Part shown: positions 55,201 to 64,000 of the stretch, in pieces
Position numbering within the stretch: position 1 is the stretch's first letter
How the letters are laid out: each line of letters begins with the position of its first letter
The notes under the pieces: generated by a model
The model's input: the letters and a program-made list of their open reading frames with translations, nothing else
Databases searched by the model: none
What the model was told of the DNA's origin: nothing
From: Macrostomum lignano
Taxonomy: Eukaryota
DNA: 64,000 nucleotides
Assembly: GCA_002269645.1 (NCBI GenBank)
Contig: NIVC01001382.1
Location: 1 to 64,000 of the forward strand
Direction of reading: 5' to 3'
Translations under genes and position numbers: made by a program

Positions 55201-55532
55201 AACTTGATAGTCAGCAGGTACTGGGTAGCTGCCAGAGCTTTTGCTCGAATAGCCGTGTGCAAGCAGTTCTTCTTGCTGCTGTCTTTGTAGACCATGTGTT
55301 TTAGGCTATTGTCGCCCAGTCGATAAAGCAGCTCGAGAACATCCGATCGGTCCTCTCGGCTGGCCAGGATGCACAGGGGTGTGCCGCGAAGCACAGACGC
55401 TTCGCCAGTGATGTAATCCGGACTGCTCTGAAGCAACGAGGACAGGCGATCCAGATCCTCATTGTAGTAGGCCTCCAGCACGGCATCGCCAGTTGTACGG
55501 CTTAATGTTCTTTGCCTCTCTCGCCAATCCAT
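52213..55532 (-). CDS. TRP cation channel: six ankyrin repeats fused to a TRPM-type MHR4, 6TM, TRP box and coiled coil; about 1106 aa once a single -1 frameshift near 53570 is corrected
   Basis: ORFs 55532-53424 and 53484-52213 overlap in different frames. Ankyrin cores: GTPLCILA, KNCLHTAI, QMPLHAAC, NMPLHQAC, RTPLHYAA, HTPMDIVL. MHR4-like: TLTVWSVMSGRFHL...LRQRLPAYGDLTCMGLA...VQGGVDREW. Membrane domain: FYFTPAVKFHYH, LGPKLKMISVM, VLLLNLIVASFSKT. TRP box: MWQFERYDLLEEF-RSPLPPP. Confidence 0.92.
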
Positions 55533-58500
55533 CTTCTTGAACTCCGCCTTCCTTCCGTGCCTGACTCAAGGCTGTATTTGCTTTTTTTCTGCCAATTCTT
55601 GACTTGCAAAAACGTGCTGCGCTTTGTGTGAAGCGAGCGAGCAAGAAACTGAGATAATTTGAGACACTGTACCAAGCATCGTTTCTAGAGCAGTATTTAA
55701 ACCCTCTGAATACTATCAGTATAACTCCAGCCTTCTCCGTTCCATCGTTCTATACATTTCAGAGCGCATGAAAAGCATGCAGACACGTGCGGACCCAGTG
55801 GCCTCCTTTTCAGACCTGTTCTTTTCTTTATCTTGATTTACCTGAGCGAATGAGAGTCTAAGGGCCAAGAAGCGTTTTATTGTTCACTCACTTCGCCTCG
55901 GTTACTGGCAGAGAAGAAGCAGCTACTCTTCTTTCCTATTCCACAATGCAACACTGTTTGAAGAGCATCTGCCAGGCATTCTTCTGCTTAGAATTTGAGT
56001 TTGTGCAACCTTTGCTCTCTGTCTCGCGCTTAGAATTCGGTAGCTGAATTTCATTTAATTTAAACGCAAGGTGCAGAAAAGCGTACATTTTTGGGGCTTT
56101 GCTTTTGCTAAGCTACAAAGAAAAGGTAAAGAAGAGAGATGAGATAAGAGAACAGAGAGATAGGATAAAGCAACGAGAGATGAGGGAGGGAGAGGGTAGA
56201 GAGAGATGTGACAGAGGGGAGAGAGGAGAGAAATTAAAAAGCAGCAGAGCAACCAGAGGTAGTGGCAGAATTTGGCACCTGTTGTGCCGGTACTTGTGGT
56301 GCTGGTACCACCCACTAAAAATATGTCTTACGAGTATAGACTACAAAGGTACGAGTATGGGCTATGGCCTTGCTCTGAGGAATGATTCGACAAAAAGTTC
56401 AACTAGTCGAATCGCAATAATGCAGCATAATTATGCTCAATTGATGGTTTAGTTCAGACACGCTTTTAGTTTAGCGTAAAATGTGTCGATGTTGTTGTGA
56501 CTTGACCTGATCAAGTGTGTCACAGAATTCCCTCAGCGGACGAGCTAGGGATCGCTTCAGCCCACTGGACGGAACTGACTGCAATAGCTGAACGTGAAAT
56601 CGCGTCGAAAAGTGAGCCAGTCCGTCCCTTAAACCCACAATTCTTGAAAGCTCTCGAAGACAGTTTCCCACGAAATTTAAGCGGAAGACTCGCAGTTATA
56701 CTTCTCAGTGGAGCGATCGAGGCAAAGCGGCCGAGAGCGTGCTACAGTTTGTGTGTGCCCTTGTAAGTTAAGTTGTTGAGGTAAGTTCAGCTGGCGCGCT
56801 CTCCCTCGCTCTCCTCCAGCACAAAGCTTGGGGATTTGGACCGTCTGCCATTTCTCGGCCGCCGATCGGCCGGAACTGCATGGAAGTCGCAGGGCTGGCG
56901 CGTAAACTTCTTAGCCTTTAGCAATTGGGGCCACCAGACGAAACGGAAGCCGGGGGGGGGGTAATGGGCACGTGAGGAAAGGTGCAATGACGAGTGCACT
57001 CGCACTGAGGGCTGAATACATGTGTATGTAGATCGCTCAGCAGTGCATGCAAGCGGACGCCGATTATATACCCCGATCAAAAGCATTACCGGATATCAAG
57101 ATTCGCTGCGGGGGCTTCGGCTGACTGTGCACAGCGGGGTGGAGGGGTGGGAAGGTGCATCCACTAATTTTCACGACTCCATATATAGGGGACTTTATAG
57201 CAGTCCTCGACGCGTTTTGATAGGAGAAATACCCGTGTTATGTAGTCGCATGTATGGTCGCATAACACAAATACTCAAGATTCATTAATGCCCGGACGCA
57301 TATGGGTATGAGTGCGCATGGGGTGACGCATTTGCATAGAATATTTGCATCGAAACATTTAACCTAATGGACATGCAGTCTGGCTGTCTGGTATTGCAAA
57401 ATTGCAAAATTTGTTCGTTTTTTAAAAATAAGGCAATTAATAAAACAAGTCATCAATATAACAATAATTGTAAGCTATACAAGATGTGCAGCTGTATCAG
57501 CTACATACGTATATCATTCATATAATGAAAATTTTAGTCACCTTGTCAACAAGCAAATGGGAAGGACCTAGGCATTGGTCACTTCGTCAACCACCAGTAA
57601 AGTCGCCCCAACACTTTGGTCACTTCGTCAACCGAGTTGACGAACCGCCAGTTGACGAAATGACCATCACCCGAAATAGCTAGACTCTACTTTAAGTTCA
57701 ATGAGTTCAGATGGCCTGGATTGTGTAGCAAGAAGGTAAGTAATTTCAGCCATTTGCATGGTTAACTACCTGCCATTTATTTACCTTTTTGACAATTTTA
57801 ATTCTGAAAGTATAGCTTTCGAAGCTATCTATAGTATTACCACTAGAATTTTTTTACATTTTTATACAATACAATAATAGTTGTAGAAGGTTTTTCCCAA
57901 AATAACAGATTTTTTAGAAATTGCCCGAATTTCTATGCATCTATAGCCATAGGCTAATTGCCCAGATTTTTCTTTGGCCTCTGCCATTTTCCAATTTTTA
58001 TTTTTATTGTCATTGACATTGACTAAGTCTAAGATTCTTAGATGCCTTTTAAGTTTGTTATTCATTATTTGGTCCTTTCCTTAGTGCTAAAATTGACTTT
58101 GTTTTAATAAAAGCATGTCTAGCTTTCATTTTTTGTCTTGATTTTTTGTATTAGGTTTGTGAAGTGAGGCAGAGAAAGTTTTCAGATGTTGGTCACTTGA
58201 TAACACCAAAGAAGTGAGAGGTTTCAAACTTCGAATTGCTGCCAGTGTTGTTTTCGCACAAACAAATCCAGAAATTTGTGCAGACAAATTGCAACAAAAA
58301 TTTCCCTGTTTTACTCTGGCTACCAGGTCCTCAAGTCTAGGAGGCAGATAGTTGCAGTTGCAATTGAGCAGTCATTAGCAGCATGTTCATTCAATTGATA
58401 AATCATCGGAGTGAGCTGTTTCCATAAACTAATGCACATAAATTTGCTTTGCTGATTAGGCCCTGATTAGGCTTTGCTGATTAGATGAGAACTAATGGGT

Positions 58501-61500
58501 TATTTTATGTCCCATAGACAAATAACTTAAGATAAGCTATGACTTTCAATTGACAAATAAATATGTTACAACATCATGTGCAACAGTCAGCCAAGTTGGC
58601 CAATCTGGCAAACCAATTTGGTAGCCAACCAAGGTAAGTTGCAAAAATGCCCACTTGAATAAATACTAAAGTAGTACTAAGTAGATAATGAGGCATTTTG
58701 CTTTAATAAGACAGTCATAGCTACTTTTGCCATTTACCCAAAGTGTGTTAATTTTGCTTTAGGGTTTTTTACATGTAAGTTGCATTTTTGGTCCAAAACT
58801 ATGTCACATTTTTGTTAAAACTATAAAGTCACATGGCCAACTAAATTTTATAGGTTGCGCATGTATGTGTTGCAAGGTTTAATTGGTTTATTACTATTTA
58901 TTAATTAGGCAAGAATTAAGGTCTTGGCTTAGTTGATATAAAATGATAATAGATGATAATTGTATAGTAACTTAGCTTCTGGTTGCTTGGGCTAGGTGTT
59001 TTTACTCGAATCCCACCACTATCACCAGTGACATGCTTGGCTTTCTAGATTCTATGGTGGGGCAGACTGCTGTCATTGGAACCAACCTTGTTGAGTATAT
59101 TTATGGGGGCTGAGACTGGGGAGAAATCTAAAATTAAGGGTAGTGCTACCATCATAGGATACCATAGGATCCGCAATGAAGGGGTCTGATTAGGTTCCAC
59201 GCAAATAAATAATGCTAGAACAACTAGTCTCAGATATTTCAATGCCCAAATGACAGGACTCAATGGTAGCAATGGCCTGAGCGGCGTAGTCCTGGCACTG
59301 ACAAATGTTCGCACTTAAGCGTGTCTGAGTTTTAGCTCTCAAAGGACCCTAATTCCTACTAACCTAATAGCTATGTCTTGTTTAGATGGATGGCAAAGAA
59401 TATGTCTATGCGCCTGAAGCAGCAATAGACTCATGCTAACTAAGCTATCAGCTATTTCTTAAAATTGCGCACATGTGCTGCAACTGCACAATCACTCACT
59501 CTTATATTTGCACCTGTGTTGCAAATATATAGTAGCAGAATGGCTTCAGCCAACTGATTTCTTGCCAATAAGGTAGGCTGGAAAACCAGAGCTATAGCAC
59601 TAGCAATGCTCTACCAAGACCTGCTTAGGAGCTTGTGTCTGCTCTTAGCAATGCTTTGCTCTACCAAGACTTGCTCAAGAGCTTTGCTTTGCTATTAACT
59701 GGCGCTAGAGCACTAGACTTGGAGTAGGCTCACGAGGCAGTATCCCTAAATGTGGTTGGGCATAACTCCTAATAAGGTTTCAAGGCAAGACTCCTCTTGT
59801 GCAAAGCTTAAATTTTTCTATTTTAATTCCCTATTTTTGTTTTACTTTGAATTCCCTAGTAAATTTCTAAGTGGGAAAAATGCCACAAATGGGATCACAA
59901 ATGGATGCTTTCCCAAGAACCCAACTGTTCTTAGTAGTTTTAAAGAAACCCCCAAATTAGCAATTTACCCCTGCTTTTATTATTTCCCCTAGTTAAAACT
60001 ACTAATAGTGGGGTAAAAGCATATTTGTCCCGTGACTAATTTCTATTACTAAAATAATGCCCTACTATACTAAAATATTTAAATAAAATGTATAAAACTT
60101 TCTTTTTACCAATTTATTTATCAGGTACATAAAATTTATGTGTAAGATATAGCATTTTTCATGTATGTTTCACCAAAATTTTGCAAATCTTTGAGGTAAA
60201 TTTTTTATATACTTTATGTATTCGTGCATTATGTTGGTGTTTTTCCACTTTACCTTGAAATTAACAATGACAAAAATAACAAGACAAGACACAAGATAGT
60301 TAATAATGTTAATAAGGCTTTTCTTCCTTTTCTATCTTGTTTCATTTGGTTTTATATCATATAGAAAGGTCAAACAACCTAAAAACAAAAAACAAAGTCT
60401 AAACAATGCAATAAAGGCAATAAAATGGAGTCATTTCACCTCAAAGGCATTTCTATCCCTGTTAGAAGCATTTGCATCAATATCTTTTCTGACTTGGTTG
60501 ACTCAGCATGCTTGTCTTGCTTGTCTGTCTCTTGATCCTCTTCTTCTTGCAAAACTTTGCTTTTGCTTTGTTTTTCCTTTGGCATTTAGAATGGTCAAAC
60601 ATTCTCTTAAGGGTGTCTCCACCAAGCCTCTTTAGAACATTGAGCTTCACCTTGGTCTTGTTTACTGAATAGCCTCCATTATTATATTGCTAATCAGTTC
60701 TAGCATAAGTTAACATTCAGTTAAGATATTTGTTGGCTGTGACTTTTGAAAATTGATATTCTGAACCTTTTCTGACTAGGAACTTGAACACAATGTAGAA
60801 TCAGGTTCTAGTCCAGTGATAATCCATATTGTTTAATCACCAGATTTGCTGTTCAGAAGTGAAAAGGCACAATCTAATGATAATGAAGTATTGGTATCTT
60901 GTCTGTGGTTGTCTAGAAATCTTAAATAGAATCACTGCCACCAATGAAATACAGGCTTCTTCTATATTGACTAGAGATGGCCTGGTAGGGCTCCTAGTGC
61001 TGGGCAGTGACCTCTAGCTGGCAGTTTCTTAGAAACTAGTTCTAGGTAGTGCTGCCACCAGCTTTGCAGAGTTGCAGCCTTCAGTGAGGTGCTAAGCTCG
61101 TAGAAGCAAATAACTAAGATGAGAGAGAAAGTCAAGCACTTTGTGCAGATTTAGCAGTCCTTGAGTAGAAGCGTCTGGTCAGCAGTCCCTGCCAGGCAAG
61201 TGCAGGGTTAGAGGGATAGTGCTAGCTTCAGGCAATCTAAGCTGCTTTGCTAATAGATTGCAAGAACAATTTGAAGCAGGCACACGCAAAGTTGGGAGTC
61301 TGGAGAGTCAAACTTAGACTCAAACTTAGAACACAAACTTAGAGACTTGAACTAAGAGAATCTGAGGAAGGGCTGAGGAATGGGCTTGTCTGAGCCAAGC
61401 CATGAGAGGGGCTGCATTTATAGGAAGAATCAATTGCACCATTTAAGGAAAGACCCCCCGCTGAGAGTCCCCTATGACTCTGATGCTAATTTTAGCAACA

Positions 61501-62453
61501 AGCAAGCAGGTTCTGCCTCAAGAGGCAAAGGTCTAGGTGCACATGGTCTCTCTGTAAATGAAAGCCCAGCATACAATGATAAAACCATCATTGCACTTTG
61601 GACTAAAGAAAGAAGAAGACCTTCAAAGGGAAGGGAAAAGGCCCACAAGTGAAAGCACTTGTGACCATGGGACTAGAAAACAGAACAGCACTCCAAATTT
61701 GGAGATGCCAAACAGAGAACAAAACAGAGGCAGGCTAGACCAAGCTGTCTGGGCACTGCAAAAGGGGGAACATAAGACAAAGAAGGCAAACGAGGACAAG
61801 CAGACAGACAGGCAAATGGGCAAAGGACAGGCCAGAGGACAGACGAGATGGACAGGCAACTGCCCAGTGGCAGACAGAAGCCTAGCGCGCAGGCAAGGGC
61901 AACAGCTGACTAGTGCAGCACCTAACTAAATAGTGACTTATTACAATAAGTGATCAACAGAAAATGCTTGGACATTCATGGGACACTTGGGTGCCTAACA
62001 TGTACTGCTATTCAGAATGTGCAATCATTGCTGAAAATGTATAAAGTAAACTGTGTATCATATATAGCAGTTTAGGTATTGAGTTAGAACATTAAGATAA
62101 AATGTATAAACAATAGTTCTAGCAATAATTCAAATAAAAAATCTAAGCAAAATAGTTCAAAATAAGTATTAACAATAAAATTATATTATATAACTCTAAT
62201 TCTAATATCTCTATGACTTAATCTTCCATGAAATATAATTAGGCACTAGTGCTTATAATTGCTTTATGAAATATATTGAAATTCAGTAAAAATACTAAGA
62301 TAAAAAGTGTTTTAATAGTAACATTTTATGTTTTAAAAGATATTGTCCCAGGGCTCTTAATTATTCTTTTGTTTAGTCTTACTTGCTACCACCAAAGTTG
62401 TTGTAGGGCTATTTCTTCTTAACAATCCTACTGGTTATTAATTTCATACATGC

Positions 62454-62616
62454 GCAACCTCGGGAATCACCTGGCCGTTTCTATTGGCAATACACTATAA
62501 GTCGTAAGTGGTAAGTCGCTATTGGCTGAGAGCAGTCACATGACTACTATTCTGTCTAATAGCGACTTACATGTGTGTGTTGCCAATAGAAACGGCCAGG
62601 TGAATCCCTAGGTTGC
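62454..62616. mobile_element. Palindromic MITE-like element
   Basis: 37-bp inverted arms GCAACCT(C/A)GGGA(A/T)TCACCTGGCCGTTTCTATTGGCAA plus an inner pair TAAGTCGCTATT / AATAGCGACTTA. Confidence 0.72.
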
Positions 62617-62811
62617 TCCCAAGCATGATTAATTGCCTTTCTACTGATAGCACATGTACTTCTATTGGTAGCGTATGTACTTCTATTGTACTTTCTGGCC
62701 TCAGTGGTCTAATGGCACTGTCTATCCTATTCCTATACTCGTACTCCTCTAAAGATATTATTCTCTTAGCCCTGGGTGTTCCCTGGATCAGAGGGTCATA
62801 GCTTATGCTCC

Positions 62812-62910
62812 TTTTCTGCCCTGAGGCGATCTTTTCCTGCTATGAAGCATTTTCTCTGCCCTGAGGCAATCTTCTCCTGCTATGAAGCGTTTTCTCTGCC
62901 CTGAGGCGAC
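62812..62910. repeat. 40-bp tandem repeat, about 2.5 copies (CTGCCCTGAGGC...TGCTATGAAGC)
   Basis: Direct inspection. Confidence 0.75.
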
Positions 62911-62987
62911 CTGCTACTCTGTAGGTCCTTTCTACTCTTCTACTCTTCTACTCTTCTACTCACAAGCTTCAAGCTTCATGCACAAAT

Positions 62988-64000
62988 CTAATTTTCTACA
63001 TAATCCCCTCCAGGGTCAGATACTTCTCCATGCAGTGTCGCCATCTCTCCAGGCCATTTGTGTAGAAGGCAGGAGGCTGTGCAGCAAGCCACTGTATGGT
63101 AGCCTTCTTGGCAGCCTCTTTGCTGTCATGTCAAACTCCCTTGATCGCCTCCTTCAGCTTTGGAAACAAAAAAAAGTCTGAAGGAGCCAAATCAGGGCTG
63201 TACAGAGGATGCTGAAGTATTTCCCAGCATAAATCTCGCAGAGCCTCTTGGCACAGTCAAGAAGTGTGGGCTAGTGCATTGTTGTGGTGGAAGAGCACTC
63301 CATGGTGCAGCTTGCCAGGTCACTTTTTGGCCAGTTTGGTGCGGAGCTTTCGCAAAAGCAACTCGTAGTAGATGGCATTGATGGTTTTCTGGCTTTCTAG
63401 GAAGTCAACCATCACAACTCCCTCAGCATCCCAGAACACAGTCGCCAAGACCTTTGCTGCTGACCGCTCGGCACGGAACTTCTTAGGACCCACTGAACCA
63501 CGTGGCAGCCACTCCTTAGACTGGACTTTGGACTCGGGATTGTACTGATATATCCACATTTCATCGCCGGTCACCATCGCATCCAGGCGGTTCAGCAGGC
63601 TGATGGCACATTCAGTGCGCTGAACCTGGTGTTCAGGCTGCAACAGCTGCAGTACCCAGCAGGCACTCAGCTTGCTCAGACCAAGGCTGATGGTGACAAT
63701 TGAGTGGGCACTGCCGTGAGAAATACCCACTACCTCAGCTATCTCATCAATAGTCACACAGCAATCCTGATCAATTAGCTGCTGCATAGCTGCCACATTG
63801 TCTTCTATGCTCAATGTCGTTGGCCTGCCAGACTGCTAGGCATCTTTCACGGATTCTTGGCCTTCCTTAAAGGCTTGAATCCAGTAGTAAAGCATCGGAT
63901 CAGATGGCGCAGTATCACCGTAGACCTTCTTGAAGGCCTCAATAATGTCGGCTGGCTTCTAGCCAAGTTTCACTAGAAACTTTGCATTGATGCAAGCTTT
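62988..64000 (-). mobile_element. Mariner (DD34D) transposase pseudogene, cut off by the window end
   Basis: SGRP, WV(L)(Q)LL for WVPRLL, VTGDEMW, KVLATVFWD, HP(L)YSPDLAPSDFFLF; in-frame stops and a short deletion before the first catalytic D; TIR not identified. Confidence 0.93.

Overview
Eukaryotic, intron-rich metazoan DNA; no prokaryotic features, CRISPR arrays, rRNA or tRNA genes were found. The LINE 3' end and the minisatellite-filled introns suggest a free-living flatworm such as Macrostomum (inference only). Three protein-coding genes are present. (1) A voltage-gated calcium channel alpha2/delta subunit gene on the minus strand, with 19 coding exons traced from ATG 33030 to ~1616; it continues past the left edge. 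(2) A complete Amt-family ammonium transporter on the plus strand (39597-49445) with two alternative, duplicated first coding exons. (3) A TRP channel on the minus strand (52213-55532) with no intron evident in the CDS, joining six ankyrin repeats to a TRPM-type MHR4/6TM/TRP-box core and split by one frameshift. Mobile elements include a very young, internally deleted Ty3/Gypsy LTR element at the edge of a 4.6-kb near-perfect (TATC)n array, tRNA-derived SINEs (including a CORE-type copy), a 5'-truncated LINE, several foldback MITE-like elements, and a CpG-decayed mariner. About 20 distinct minisatellites fill the introns. Most long ORFs in the supplied track are tandem-repeat artefacts. Scattered single-base indels suggest uncorrected long-read errors. 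All coordinates were read by hand; repeat edges are approximate.
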